Part shown: positions 35,561 through 45,679 of the stretch, piece by piece | How positions within the stretch are numbered: the stretch's first letter is position 1 | Layout of the letters: each line of letters begins with the position of its first letter | From: a virus | DNA: 64,000 bases | Reading direction: 5' to 3' (one strand) | IMG/VR virus record: IMGVR_UViG_3300032298_001311 | Location: 32,001 to 96,000 of that record | The notes under the pieces: generated by a model | What the model saw: only the letters and a program-made list of their open reading frames with translations | Told to the model about the DNA's origin: nothing | Database searches by the model: none | Position numbers and translations under genes: made by a program

Positions 35561-36241
35561 TTATCGAATTTCGGGAAACAGACAATCCTGAATGAATACT
35601 CTCACATCTTCTTCGTTAAGACCTAGACTTGCCATAACTTTAGGAGTATGCGGATTTTGTTTCTGATTATCACAGTAGAAATTCTGTTCCTCGGCGTTAT
35701 TATAGGTATTTCCGTTAGTTTCTCCTACACATTCTAAATAATGATTAAGAGTTTTTTGTATAGTAGAAAAAATTTGATTTAATTCATCTTCTTTAGAGAC
35801 ATTACCCGCAGCAATCATATGTTCACTAAAGATACGAGTTGCCCAATCTGGTAGATCTCTTTTCTTACGCCATTCTAATTTATTAACTTCATGGCCGAAC
35901 CATTCTATAAGAGGATGATTAGGGTCGTCGGTTTTTGAAAAATCGTGGAAGCAACCTGTTATCTTATTCTTACCTGCTACTACATCGTAACCAAAAATAG
36001 GAGCAGGATTATCTACATGAGGAAAGATGCAACAATGCATCATCCATAATCCTTTAGAGTTTCTAGCATCTACAACATCGATGTGAGCACGACGATATTG
36101 TCTACTACCCCAAACTCTATTGATCCACCCAGGCTGATTAAAACGCTCCATGCCTGGCTCTTGTATTTCTATACCTGTTTCGTTTAACTTGTTTATAAAG
36201 AAGTCTTGTATCTTTATAAGACGATTCCAAACATCACTCAT
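35561..36241 (-). CDS. Ferredoxin-dependent bilin reductase (PcyA/PcyX-like)
   Basis: NRVW.S..YRRAHID, MMHCCIFP....APIFGYDVV, GCFHDFS, Q..YC.NQKQNPHT. Confidence 0.85.
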   Translation of the reverse strand: MSDVWNRLIKIQDFFINKLNETGIEIQEPGMERFNQPGWINRVWGSRQYRRAHIDVVDARNSKGLWMMHCCIFPHVDNPAPIFGYDVVAGKNKITGCFHDFSKTDDPNHPLIEWFGHEVNKLEWRKKRDLPDWATRIFSEHMIAAGNVSKEDELNQIFSTIQKTLNHYLECVGETNGNTYNNAEEQNFYCDNQKQNPHTPKVMASLGLNEEDVRVFIQDCLFPEIR

Positions 36242-36794
36242 CTTTGTACTTCGGTATATCCAGTTCCATAAGTTGTTGGAATGTTTTTATAGCAAAGTCG
36301 AAACATATATTTGCTTCATCTGCTAGTGAGTCATCTATGCGGTTACGAATTTCTTCTTTCAGTTTATCAGGGTTTTCAAACTGATAGAATTTACCAGATC
36401 CGGGAACACGTTTAGCAATCATTTGTCCGCCTGCTAAATCACCCATATGTCTAACATAAATATGAGCCATAAGCAGTTGAGTATTAGTAGCAGATAAAAT
36501 CCTGATATGATTTAAATATTCATCAACTACAGGAAGTATAGTAGGTCTTTCTTCTTTAGTCCATAATTCTTGTAAATCTCTATTGATTGCCGGAGCACGA
36601 CGAAATTCTTCGGGCATTCCTGAAACTACTCCATATAGCATAGAATGTAGTTCTAAGAACTCATACATAGGATGTTGATTAGCGAGAAATGTTGCATAAA
36701 AGTCTGGATGAATATTTCCAGAAAACATAATCTTAACAAATTCTTGTCGTTCGGCAGATTTATGCTTATCAGCAGTAAGTTCTCTTAAACTCAT
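36234..36794 (-). CDS. Heme oxygenase (HemO/Ho1-like)
   Basis: LRELT...H..AE (proximal His), AHIYVRHMGDLAGGQMI, EANICF. Confidence 0.92.
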   Translation of the reverse strand: MSLRELTADKHKSAERQEFVKIMFSGNIHPDFYATFLANQHPMYEFLELHSMLYGVVSGMPEEFRRAPAINRDLQELWTKEERPTILPVVDEYLNHIRILSATNTQLLMAHIYVRHMGDLAGGQMIAKRVPGSGKFYQFENPDKLKEEIRNRIDDSLADEANICFDFAIKTFQQLMELDIPKYKDE

Positions 36795-37093
36795 TGTTTT
36801 TCAACTTTGACTTGAAGAGGAAATCCATTATTACGAGCAAGAACTGTGCTTTCTACACCTTTTTGTTCTGCAATTTCATATGAATATACACCTGCAATAG
36901 CTGACCCTTCTGTATGAACAATTAGCATTATTTGTTGTGATGTTTCTAAATCGTGTTTAAATACTTTTTGTAGTAAATCAACAACAAATTCCATCGGAGT
37001 AACTTCATCATTAATAAAAATAACTTTATAAAATCCAGGCTCTTCTAAATCCTGTTTGATTTTTTCAACTGCTATAGGTTCTGCAATAGTCAT
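36791..37093 (-). CDS. clpS: ClpS adaptor (N-end rule)
   Basis: YKVIFINDEVTPMEFVV, VHTEG.A..G.Y..EIAE.K, FPL; start moved to MTIAEP. Confidence 0.93.
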   Translation of the reverse strand: MTIAEPIAVEKIKQDLEEPGFYKVIFINDEVTPMEFVVDLLQKVFKHDLETSQQIMLIVHTEGSAIAGVYSYEIAEQKGVESTVLARNNGFPLQVKVEKQ

Positions 37094-37122
37094 GTAGTTT
37101 TTCACCATATAATATTTATTAT

Positions 37123-37151
37123 AGTGTAGGGAACACAATGCTCCCTACACT
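37123..37151 (-). terminator. Hairpin/terminator after hsp20
   Basis: agtgtaggga/tccctacact stem. Confidence 0.65.
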
Positions 37152-37164
37152 TTATATATTACTA

Positions 37165-37584
37165 TCAGTTCTGGCTGATTGCAATTTTCTTAGGCTTCAA
37201 TTCTTCAGGAATATGTCTTTTTAGAGTAACAACTAATAGGCCATTTTTGAGATCAGCACCTTCTACTTCAATATGTGTAGCAAGGCGGAAGGTACGTGTA
37301 AAGTCACGCATAGCAATTCCCTTGTGAACAAATTCACGGGACTCTTCTTCTTCTTTATTGCCAGTAATTGTAAGAACGCCGTTCTCAAGAGTAATATCAA
37401 GATCCTTCTCTGCAAAGCCTGCTACTGCTACTTCGATCTGAAACTTGTTCTCGTCGACGCTTACAATGTTATATGGGGGGTATGCTGTATTTGTTGAGTT
37501 TAGATTGAGTTTATCCATCTCTCTAAATAGGTCTTCAAAACCTACAGCGAAGCGAGTTAGTGGGGCATAATTTAATGTATTCAT
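37165..37584 (-). CDS. Small heat-shock protein Hsp20 (IbpA-like)
   Basis: YPPYNI, IEVAVAGF, FVHKGIA.R.F.R.F.LA, NGLL; start MNTLN with AAGGAGA RBS. Confidence 0.93.
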   Translation of the reverse strand: MNTLNYAPLTRFAVGFEDLFREMDKLNLNSTNTAYPPYNIVSVDENKFQIEVAVAGFAEKDLDITLENGVLTITGNKEEEESREFVHKGIAMRDFTRTFRLATHIEVEGADLKNGLLVVTLKRHIPEELKPKKIAISQN

Positions 37585-37662
37585 CTTTTTATCTCCTTTA
37601 TTAAGCAAGATGTTTTTACCTTTCGGTATAGTGAGCGTAGTCCCATTTGGCAACTAAGCTCA
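37585..37662 (-). promoter_or_regulatory. ROSE-like RNA thermometer in the hsp20 5' UTR
   Basis: Two upstream hairpins, then TCTTGCT-TAATAA-AGGAGA with bulged G opposite the SD. Confidence 0.7.
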
Positions 37663-37704
37663 ACTATTTATAATATAGTTATAAAACTACGTTTGTCAAG
37701 AGTA

Positions 37705-39594
37705 TCAGTCCTTAACTTCAGTAAATTCAGCGTCAACAACGTCTGGATTTTCCTTCACTGGTTCTGCTTGTGCTTGCTGTTCAGCCTGCATAGCAGCATA
37801 TAGAGGAGCGGCTGCTTCAAAGATCTTCTGCGTTACACCTGTAATCGCTTCCTTATCTTCTCCCTTAACTGTCTCCTCTGCTTCCTTGAGAACATCATCG
37901 AGTTTCTGTCTATCATCGTCAGATATCTTGCTACCGTGTTCTTCAAGTTCCTTACGAATACTAGCAATAGTACCATCGGCTTGGTTGCGAGCGTCTATGA
38001 TCTCCCGTCTCTTGTGGTCCTCTGCCGCATTCTCTTCTGCGTCTTTAATCATCTTTTCAATATCAGCGTCGGTTAGACCTCCGCTTGCTTGAATAGTGAT
38101 CTTCTGCTCCTTACCAGTACCCTTATCCTTTGCAGATACATTGAGGATACCGTTTGCGTCTACGTCGAATGTAACTTCGATTTGAGGAATACCGCGACGT
38201 GCCGGAGCGATGCCTTCGAGATTAAAAAGTCCCAGCAACTTATTATACTCGAAAAGCTCTCTTTCACCCTGTCCAACCTTAATAGTAACTGCTGGTTGAT
38301 TGTCTTCCGCAGTACTGAAGATCTGACTCTTCTTGGTTGGAATAGTAGTATTCTTATCAATGAGCTTAGTAAAAACGCCGCCCATTGTCTCGATACCGAG
38401 CGATAGTGGGGTCACGTCTAATAATAGAACATCTGTTTTGTCCCCACCCAACACGGCACCTTGAATAGCAGCGCCTACGGCGACTGCTTCGTCGGGATTT
38501 ACATCCTTACGTGGATCCTTGCCAAAGAATTCCTTAACAGCTTCTTGGACCATTGGCATTCGAGTTTGCCCGCCGACTAATATCACGTCGTTGATATCAG
38601 AAGCCTTAACACCTGCATCTTTAAGGGCAACTTGACATGGAGCAATAGATCTCTTTACCAAGTCGTCTACAAGCGACTCAAACTTTGCACGGGTGAGTTT
38701 GACCGTCAAATGTTTTGGTCCAGAAGCATCGGCAGTGATATAAGGAAGGTTGACGTCTGTCTGACTTGATGCAGAAAGTTCTATTTTAGCCTTTTCAGCA
38801 GCTTCCTTGAGACGCTGTACAGCCATGACATCCTTCTTAAGATCAATGCCTTGTTCTTTCTTAAATTCTTCTACAAGGTAATCTATGATACGTTGATCAA
38901 AATCTTCACCGCCTAGGTGAGTATCACCGTTAGTGGAAAGAACTTCAAACTGCTTATCACCGTCGGTGTCGCTAATTTCGATAATTGAAATATCGAAAGT
39001 ACCACCACCTAGATCGTATACAGCAATCTTCTGATCTTTCTTTTGCTCTTTATCGCACCCAAACGCAAGAGCAGCAGCAGTTGGTTCGTTAATGATACGC
39101 TTTACCTCAAGTCCAGCAATTTTACCGGCATCCTTTGTAGCCTGTCTTTGGCTATCGTTGAAATAAGCAGGAACAGTTATAACCGCCTCTGTTACTTCAT
39201 GCCCGAGATAGTCTTCAGCAGTCTTCTTCATTTTGCGAAGAACTTCCGCCGATATCTGCTGAGGTGCCATGTCCTTACCATTAGCATGGATCCATGCATC
39301 ACCATTCTTTGCTTCCACAATCTTATATGGAGCATTCTTTACTTCCTTTTGAACAGCATCTTCTTTGAACCTACGTCCAATGAAACGCTTGGAAGCATAA
39401 ACTGTATTTGTTGGGTTTGTTACTGCCTGTCGTTTAGCAGGCTGACCTACCATAACTTCTCCGTCGTTGTACCCGACAATACTAGGAGTAGTTCTAGCAC
39501 CTTCTGCATTTTCAATTACTTTGGGGGTTCCATTTTCTAAAACTGCGACGCAGCTATTGGTGGTTCCGAGGTCAATACCGATTATCTTTGCCAT
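37705..39594 (-). CDS. dnaK: Chaperone DnaK (Hsp70)
   Basis: [47 protein letters not shown] tail; start MAKII. Confidence 0.98.
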   Translation of the reverse strand: MAKIIGIDLGTTNSCVAVLENGTPKVIENAEGARTTPSIVGYNDGEVMVGQPAKRQAVTNPTNTVYASKRFIGRRFKEDAVQKEVKNAPYKIVEAKNGDAWIHANGKDMAPQQISAEVLRKMKKTAEDYLGHEVTEAVITVPAYFNDSQRQATKDAGKIAGLEVKRIINEPTAAALAFGCDKEQKKDQKIAVYDLGGGTFDISIIEISDTDGDKQFEVLSTNGDTHLGGEDFDQRIIDYLVEEFKKEQGIDLKKDVMAVQRLKEAAEKAKIELSASSQTDVNLPYITADASGPKHLTVKLTRAKFESLVDDLVKRSIAPCQVALKDAGVKASDINDVILVGGQTRMPMVQEAVKEFFGKDPRKDVNPDEAVAVGAAIQGAVLGGDKTDVLLLDVTPLSLGIETMGGVFTKLIDKNTTIPTKKSQIFSTAEDNQPAVTIKVGQGERELFEYNKLLGLFNLEGIAPARRGIPQIEVTFDVDANGILNVSAKDKGTGKEQKITIQASGGLTDADIEKMIKDAEENAAEDHKRREIIDARNQADGTIASIRKELEEHGSKISDDDRQKLDDVLKEAEETVKGEDKEAITGVTQKIFEAAAPLYAAMQAEQQAQAEPVKENPDVVDAEFTEVKD

Positions 39595-39657
39595 TATGTT
39601 TTCTCCTTTGATAAGCAAGAAATCAGCTACACTCTACTAGAGCAATGCAGCTGATTT
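39595..39657 (-). promoter_or_regulatory. ROSE-like RNA thermometer in the dnaK 5' UTR
   Basis: Long hairpin AATCAGCTGCA/TGTAGCTGATT, then TTTCTTGCTT-ATCA-AAGGAGAAA. Confidence 0.6.
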
Positions 39658-39850
39658 TATTTATATAAGTATTAAATTATTAAATTACAAGATTATTTGC
39701 TATTAAATTTTGTCTGAATGTCAGTTACTGCTTTAGCAGCATTAATAGTCATTTCATCAAATGTTTTTGTAGCAACTTCTGGGTTTGAATAATAAAATGC
39801 TCCAGCGCCCATACCAACTAAAGCAAGTACTAATACAAATGCTTTTAACA

Positions 39851-40111
39851 TTAGTTTTCCCTTCGCCATTGCGAGATGCGCTTACGATCTCTGCTAATAG
39901 CGGCAGCAAGACGCTTACGCTTCTTTTCGCCTTTAGAGACATAATGCTCTCTCTTACGCAATTCATTAAACCAGCCCTCATCCTGGAGGCGCTTTTTGAA
40001 CTTGCGTAGTGCTTTATTTACGTCATTATTTTTAACAAATATCTTGGTACCTTTAAAAAGACGACCAGTATTGTTATCGTTAATCCAACCAGTTTCGCTG
40101 TATATACTCAT
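39851..40111 (-). CDS. rpsU: Ribosomal protein bS21
   Basis: VKNNDVNKALRKFKKRLQDEG...ELRKREHY..K..K.KR..AAA..R. Confidence 0.88.
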   Translation of the reverse strand: MSIYSETGWINDNNTGRLFKGTKIFVKNNDVNKALRKFKKRLQDEGWFNELRKREHYVSKGEKKRKRLAAAISRDRKRISQWRREN

Positions 40112-40451
40112 TTATTTCATATGTCCTATTTTGATTTATTATTGAGTAATCCAAATTTTGACTATTATAAGTTACTTTTGGATTAGCTATTAAGTAACTA
40201 ATATAATTGTATGATATATCTGTTGTATTGTCAACATTAAAATATATAGAATCTGATGTTGATGCTATATTAAGCAACCAAGTAAGATCAGCATCATTAT
40301 TATAAACATAGAGAACCATTTCAGTATCGTTTTCTTTTAACCATTCCTGTACAAGATTCTTTTCGTCTGCTGTAGGATTGATTAAAAAGGTTTTCATTAT
40401 GTTTCCGTGAAAATAATCGGGAGAAGTTACAATTAATAGTTTATTAGTCAC
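40080..40451 (-). CDS. Hypothetical protein
   Basis: 123-aa ORF in operon. Confidence 0.5.
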   Translation of the reverse strand: MTNKLLIVTSPDYFHGNIMKTFLINPTADEKNLVQEWLKENDTEMVLYVYNNDADLTWLLNIASTSDSIYFNVDNTTDISYNYISYLIANPKVTYNSQNLDYSIINQNRTYEINEYIQRNWLD

Positions 40452-40682
40452 GAGTAATAAAGTCCGCTAACATTTGTCTATACTTAGGTGGAATATCGTC
40501 GTAATATATTTCCTTTTCTTGTATAGCATCAACGTACTTATATAGCTCTAACCAATCTGGATCAGTTAAATCTTGATTAGTAAGATCAATATCGGCAAAT
40601 TTATTAAGTAAATATTCATTATAGAGAACATCTAAAGGTTTAAATATTTGTAATTTTTGATTAATTCTCTCTTTAAAATTTT

Positions 40683-42053
40683 CTAGTTCTTCTGTACTCT
40701 TCTTTGATTTGTTCCGTCTTTCATCATGACGTATTCTTTTTTTTTAGGTGGCTTTACTTCTTTTAGAATTTTTTCTTCTGCTGCTGCTTTTTCAGCTTCC
40801 TCTATCATTTTGTTCCAAGCATTAAGATCAGTAGGAACTTCTTCACTTGTTTCAACAACAAGATCTACTTTAGGTTCTTTCTTAACTCTTGGCTTTCTAA
40901 CTGGCTTTGCTTGTTTAACAAGTTCTTCGGCAAGCTCATCTAAATCTTCAGCAAGTTTTATTTCTCTTTCAAGTATTTTGCGAGAATTTGCTTCTTCTTC
41001 AATACGTCTACGCTCTGCTTCTTCAGCAGCAATCTTCAAGCGAGAAACTTCTGCTTCGGCTTCGAGGCGTTTCATTTCTATTTCTGCTTCTTGACGCTTA
41101 CGTTCTGCCCTTGCTTCGGCCTCACGTTGTTTACGTTCAGCAATAGCTTCCTCTTCCAGTCTTTGACGCTCTTCTTCGGCGGCAATTTCTTTACGCTTAC
41201 GATCCGCCTTCTCTTCTTTTTCTCTTTTTATTCGTTCAGCTTCTTCTTCAGCTTCACGCTTTACACGTTCTGCTTCAACCTTTACAAACTTCTTATGTTC
41301 CGCGGCTTGTTCAAATCCTATTTGACTTGCGATAAGAAGTAGAACAGCAAGTGGATCAAACACAAAAATAATAACAAATATCATCCATGTAACTGCTTTT
41401 TCTAATAAATTCTTATCTGGATTATCTCCATAGATCATTTGAGCGATATATTTAATTGGTCCAACTTCTGCTTCTGCTTTACGAATTTTTTGACTTAGTG
41501 GAAACTTTTCTTCGTTTAGTTTAGAAATATCTTTTTGTGCTTGATCAATTTGTTTTTGTAATTTTGTACGTTCACCTGAATTTTGTTTACGAGCAGAATT
41601 AGCACTAGAAACAGATTTAACATCAGTACCTTTTTGTAAGTATTGATTCACAACTTCATCCATACCTTTAATTGAAGATTGTGCTGCGATCATTTCATCT
41701 TTTTTAGCTTGTATCTTCATATCAATCATATCTATTTGAGCAGCAACATCTCCAATTGGAGCGGCTTGTTCAATATGTGCTCTAGATAAGAATCCAAAGA
41801 TACCCATTGATGTAATAAACATTAGCACTAATGTTGCTACCATGAAGTAGCCTCTTAATACTTTAGGAGCAGTTTTCCAATTCTTATGTAACCAAACTGC
41901 GGTTACAAGTTTGCCTATTTCTAAACTCATACCCATAATAATAATAGGTATTGCGCTGGCTGCGAATATAGCAGCAAGTCCAGACACGGAGTAATAAATG
42001 GCGACGCTGCTGATTACCAAAGCAGTCAGCAGCGTTATTAATGCAAAAAACAA
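40683..42053 (-). CDS. Membrane-anchored coiled-coil protein
   Basis: Three N-terminal TMs, periplasmic coil, fourth TM (VIIFVFDPLAV), long E/R/K-rich coil. Confidence 0.65.
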   Translation of the reverse strand: MFFALITLLTALVISSVAIYYSVSGLAAIFAASAIPIIIMGMSLEIGKLVTAVWLHKNWKTAPKVLRGYFMVATLVLMFITSMGIFGFLSRAHIEQAAPIGDVAAQIDMIDMKIQAKKDEMIAAQSSIKGMDEVVNQYLQKGTDVKSVSSANSARKQNSGERTKLQKQIDQAQKDISKLNEEKFPLSQKIRKAEAEVGPIKYIAQMIYGDNPDKNLLEKAVTWMIFVIIFVFDPLAVLLLIASQIGFEQAAEHKKFVKVEAERVKREAEEEAERIKREKEEKADRKRKEIAAEEERQRLEEEAIAERKQREAEARAERKRQEAEIEMKRLEAEAEVSRLKIAAEEAERRRIEEEANSRKILEREIKLAEDLDELAEELVKQAKPVRKPRVKKEPKVDLVVETSEEVPTDLNAWNKMIEEAEKAAAEEKILKEVKPPKKKEYVMMKDGTNQRRVQKN

Positions 42054-42067
42054 TTTGCTATTCTACC

Positions 42068-42733
42068 TTAAAATGTTTCCTGTGTCATTGTATCAATGAT
42101 AGCACAAGTTGTAATATCTGCCCAAACATTGGCTGGTGTGTCTGGTTGTGTAACAGTAATGTCACTATCTCTCTGCTCAATTGGAACTGGATCATATGTT
42201 CTATAACGACGAGTATATCCAGCAGCACCACCTATTGTAATACCTCTTGTAACTGCTTCTTTAATGCAAAGTGCAACCTGTGTTGCTTTATTAGCTGATG
42301 ACAATGCTTCATAAGAACTTGTTGAAAGTGACGTAGCACCGTCGCTAAGTGTAGCGGCTCCGACAAGACTTTTTAAGCCGTTGAAGACATATTCCTCTTG
42401 AGAAAAACCAACTGTAAATGTTACAGAAACAGCAGTATCATCAGCAGCAGTTTCAGCAGTCGGTCCAGCCTTCATTACAGTTACGTCGAGGATTTCGCAG
42501 TTTGAAAATCTTTGTAATTCTTGTAGTATAGCGTTCCAACGGAGATTGCCTCGAGCACGACGCTTTGAATTGTTTAATGTTGTATTAAATGTTGTAAAAT
42601 AATTATAATCCCAAGCTTCTACACCACCGCTATTGTTGTCTGCGGCTGTAGTGCTATAACCACTTGTATCAATAGCGACACGGTAGTATGTTGGAGTTAG
42701 TTGATCTTGTGAATTTTGAAATCCTGATGCCAT
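42068..42733 (-). CDS. Hypothetical late (probably structural) protein
   Basis: Thr/Ala-rich; TAAATA and GAAGGA upstream. Confidence 0.5.
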   Translation of the reverse strand: MASGFQNSQDQLTPTYYRVAIDTSGYSTTAADNNSGGVEAWDYNYFTTFNTTLNNSKRRARGNLRWNAILQELQRFSNCEILDVTVMKAGPTAETAADDTAVSVTFTVGFSQEEYVFNGLKSLVGAATLSDGATSLSTSSYEALSSANKATQVALCIKEAVTRGITIGGAAGYTRRYRTYDPVPIEQRDSDITVTQPDTPANVWADITTCAIIDTMTQETF

Positions 42734-42762
42734 GTTCAGCGTCCTTCTTTCTATTATTTATC

Positions 42763-43173
42763 TTACCCGCGACGACTTTTACTGCCACTTTTTGTGGGGT
42801 CGTCGCTCTTACTCATAACCATAAACGGTCCTTTGTTATACGCTTGGTCAACTAGTTTAGCCTTGTCTAAAATAGCCTGTTGAGTAGCAGCATTTTCTTT
42901 ATGTAGATTATGCATAACACCGCGCTTAAGGCCGTTAGCCTCGATGGCATTGGAAAGCGGATAATTATCCTCTACCTTAAGATCGGGTAATGCTGACTTA
43001 TACTTGCCCTTAAAGGCCTTCTGTAGTGTACGTTGATTTGGATGAAGGCCGCGATCTATAAGCCATTTGTCATGTTCGGCCGTGGCCTGTGCTAGTTTCT
43101 TGCTCTTGCTTTTCTTGTTCTTACTATTGTATTTGGTAGTGGTAAGATAAGGACCAACAAGATGCATACTCAT
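42763..43173 (-). CDS. Basic hypothetical protein
   Basis: 136-aa Lys-rich ORF. Confidence 0.5.
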   Translation of the reverse strand: MSMHLVGPYLTTTKYNSKNKKSKSKKLAQATAEHDKWLIDRGLHPNQRTLQKAFKGKYKSALPDLKVEDNYPLSNAIEANGLKRGVMHNLHKENAATQQAILDKAKLVDQAYNKGPFMVMSKSDDPTKSGSKSRRG

Positions 43174-43184
43174 ATATCAATCTC

Positions 43185-43979
43185 CTAGACATTGTCTAGC
43201 ATGAACCACAACCCCTTCAGTTCGAGCCAAAATACCTTATAGGATGGTATCTTGCTGAGATCGTGTCCGCCAGCGTATTTTACTAGTATATTATAGACAT
43301 TGAGTTGTGTCAACTTCTTACTCAAAACATCTGCTTCGTTGAATGGAACAATAGTGTCGTCCGGAGAATGGACAATCATGGTTGGAGGATAAGCACTAGT
43401 CATTTTGAAAATTGGACTAGCATCTATATAAAGTTGTGGATTATCAAAATATGTTTGTTTTCCAAATACATCTAATCCAGCCATCACTTCTGCCATTTTT
43501 GGTTGTGTTAAGTCGCAAGGTCCAAACATATTAAGAACACAACGAACAATTGGATCTAATCCAAGCCATAATGCTAGATGTCCGCCAGCACTATCTCCCC
43601 CTACAGCAATTCTAGCAGGATTGATTCCAAAATTTAGAGCATTAGAGTTGATCCATTCCATAGCAAGTTGGACATCATCAAATTGCGCTGGCCAATGTGT
43701 ATTTGGATCTGATGTTGCTAAAGTATAATTGAGTGCTATTACATTGAATCCAGCGAGAGCATATTTTCTCGCTCTGCCTTCGTAGACATCGTTATCGCCC
43801 GCGGCCCAACCTCCACCGTGTACAAATACAACAGTAGGATGAAGTCCTTCTTTATTGAGCAAATAGAAATCGGCTGTCTGTCTTGGCTTTGAACCATATG
43901 GAACATCTTTCTTAATAGTCCAATCTGGTTTAATAATTTTTGATAAGAGTGGTAATGTGTATGCGAATATACTTGCCAT
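43185..43979 (-). CDS. Alpha/beta hydrolase (HSL-type esterase)
   Basis: HGGGW, GDSAGG, D..VP and GGH catalytic triad. Confidence 0.9.
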   Translation of the reverse strand: MASIFAYTLPLLSKIIKPDWTIKKDVPYGSKPRQTADFYLLNKEGLHPTVVFVHGGGWAAGDNDVYEGRARKYALAGFNVIALNYTLATSDPNTHWPAQFDDVQLAMEWINSNALNFGINPARIAVGGDSAGGHLALWLGLDPIVRCVLNMFGPCDLTQPKMAEVMAGLDVFGKQTYFDNPQLYIDASPIFKMTSAYPPTMIVHSPDDTIVPFNEADVLSKKLTQLNVYNILVKYAGGHDLSKIPSYKVFWLELKGLWFMLDNV

Positions 43980-44003
43980 AGGAATCTCCTTGGCAAATAC
44001 TTA

Positions 44004-44591
44004 TCAAGCAAGATATGTGCTAACGACTTTATCTGCTATGCTATATGATATTGCTTCTTCTGCGTCGAGATATACATCTGAACTAGGCATTAGGATCTTC
44101 TTGATCTTGGCATCTGTTAGTCCGGTACAATTCTTATAATGATTAAGCATACGCTTACTAGTTAGATTATACTCTTTTACTGCGGCTAGTAGTTCGTGTT
44201 CTTTGCCTTCAGTTCCCCAACTAAATTGATGGCTTAATATACTGGTATTTGGAGTAAGTGTTCTATGTCCTTTAGTACCAGCCATAAAAATAAGCAAGCC
44301 AGCGGAACTGATTTGCCCAAGTCCTAATGTATGTACTGGAATTCTACTGCCCATCATTATATCGATAAGTGCAAACGCAGAAGTCACATCGCCACCTGGA
44401 CTATTGATTATAAGGGTAATATGCTTTGGGCGATTTTTTATGGGCATTAGACACTTTTTTAAGATAAATTCAATAGCATCACTGGTATTAGCACTGGTGA
44501 TTTCGTCATAAAGCAGGAAGATACCATGATCCTCTAGCGTGGTTAAAGACGGGTCTATTGAATCTAATAGTGAGTCTAGTTTTTTAACCAT
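44004..44591 (-). CDS. Second, divergent ClpP-like protease
   Basis: INSPGGDV, ISSAG (Ser), LSHQF (His), DVYL.AEEA..Y.I.D. Confidence 0.85.
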   Translation of the reverse strand: MVKKLDSLLDSIDPSLTTLEDHGIFLLYDEITSANTSDAIEFILKKCLMPIKNRPKHITLIINSPGGDVTSAFALIDIMMGSRIPVHTLGLGQISSAGLLIFMAGTKGHRTLTPNTSILSHQFSWGTEGKEHELLAAVKEYNLTSKRMLNHYKNCTGLTDAKIKKILMPSSDVYLDAEEAISYSIADKVVSTYLA

Positions 44592-44864
44592 TTAGCATCC
44601 TACATCAGTGTCGTAATCATCCTCTATACTACTTATACAACTTCCGCGGAGAGAACGCAATAATTTTTGGAGAGACTCTTCATATACTGGGTCCGGATTA
44701 ATGTCCTTCTTTATAGACTCTAGGATGTTTTCTAAACATATAGCATAAAAAAGTTTAGCATCACCACGTAGGAAGAATCCTGGATAATCGTCGTTAATTT
44801 GGAGTGGACCCGTTAATATCTGATCTGGAAGATGGGAGAGATCTGCGGTGATTTTCTGTATCAT
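44592..44864 (-). CDS. Hypothetical protein
   Basis: ORF in operon. Confidence 0.45.
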   Translation of the reverse strand: MIQKITADLSHLPDQILTGPLQINDDYPGFFLRGDAKLFYAICLENILESIKKDINPDPVYEESLQKLLRSLRGSCISSIEDDYDTDVGC

Positions 44865-45088
44865 CTACCAATCTCCGGTTTATTTTCTGTACATTCGTGA
44901 ACTATATCAGTTCTCTTAATGCCCGGATATCTCTTTTCCATATCTTTTACTAATTCAGGCTTTTGCCATGTAAGATCTGCTCTTTTTTCAAAATCTGGTA
45001 GATACTTTGTACAAGCATCCCAATCTGGCATTGGTCCAACAACAGCAGAGACTACTCCTAAAACTTTGACTGTAAGATATGCTGACAT
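44861..45088 (-). CDS. Hypothetical protein
   Basis: AGGAG RBS; overlaps the next ORF. Confidence 0.45.
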   Translation of the reverse strand: MSAYLTVKVLGVVSAVVGPMPDWDACTKYLPDFEKRADLTWQKPELVKDMEKRYPGIKRTDIVHECTENKPEIGR

Positions 45089-45138
45089 AAGATTCTCCTA
45101 TTGTTAGAAGTGTAATTGATATTTTGGTATTAGTCAAT

Positions 45139-45172
45139 AAAAAAGGAGCACCATTTCTGGTCTCCTTTTTTT
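45139..45172 (-). terminator. Intrinsic terminator (possibly bidirectional)
   Basis: aaaaaaggag-c-acca/tggt-ctcctttttt. Confidence 0.7.
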
Positions 45173-45238
45173 AGCAAGCAGTTTTTAGCTCACTATGGAG
45201 GTCTACGCCCTATGGGATCCGTAAAACACCCCGACGAA

Positions 45239-45601
45239 TCACGCTTGACGTGTAATATAGTTCAAGCGGATATTTTGAGCTCCGAAGAACTCTTCAACAG
45301 TAGCAACTACAGTATCATTGCTAAAAGGCTTACAGGAAAAAACATCTAAATACATTGTGTTATCCCTGTCTACCGAGTGCATGGCAATATTGGAAGTTTC
45401 AATAAGTTGAACCATACTAAAACCCGCCTTAGCCGGATCGTGAGTAGCAAAATGCTCAATAACTGGTTCGCCGTATGCAACCATATCAATACGCTTTACT
45501 AACTCTTTTGTAAAATTATAAATGTTGTCACGGCTTATAATCCCCTCGTGATTACATCCGCTACAATCCAACATAAGGTGATAACCCCAATACTTGCTCA
45601 T
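45239..45601 (-). CDS. Pyruvoyl-dependent S-adenosylmethionine decarboxylase-like proenzyme (SpeD/SpeH class 1b)
   Basis: GYHLMLDC..C, G.S.VQLIETSNI..H, YLDVFSCK; ETS replaces the usual ESH cleavage context. Confidence 0.75.
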   Translation of the reverse strand: MSKYWGYHLMLDCSGCNHEGIISRDNIYNFTKELVKRIDMVAYGEPVIEHFATHDPAKAGFSMVQLIETSNIAMHSVDRDNTMYLDVFSCKPFSNDTVVATVEEFFGAQNIRLNYITRQA

Positions 45602-45679
45602 CGCATGTTGACTCCTTTAGTGTCTGTGTTCGATAAGAACAGGACAATATTTATAAAATACTATGTTACTTGAATTAAA

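Noticed and set aside
45175-45240. GC-richer spacer between speD and the terminator, with a ctatgg direct repeat
   Set aside because: No convincing fold or known motif; probably 3' UTR
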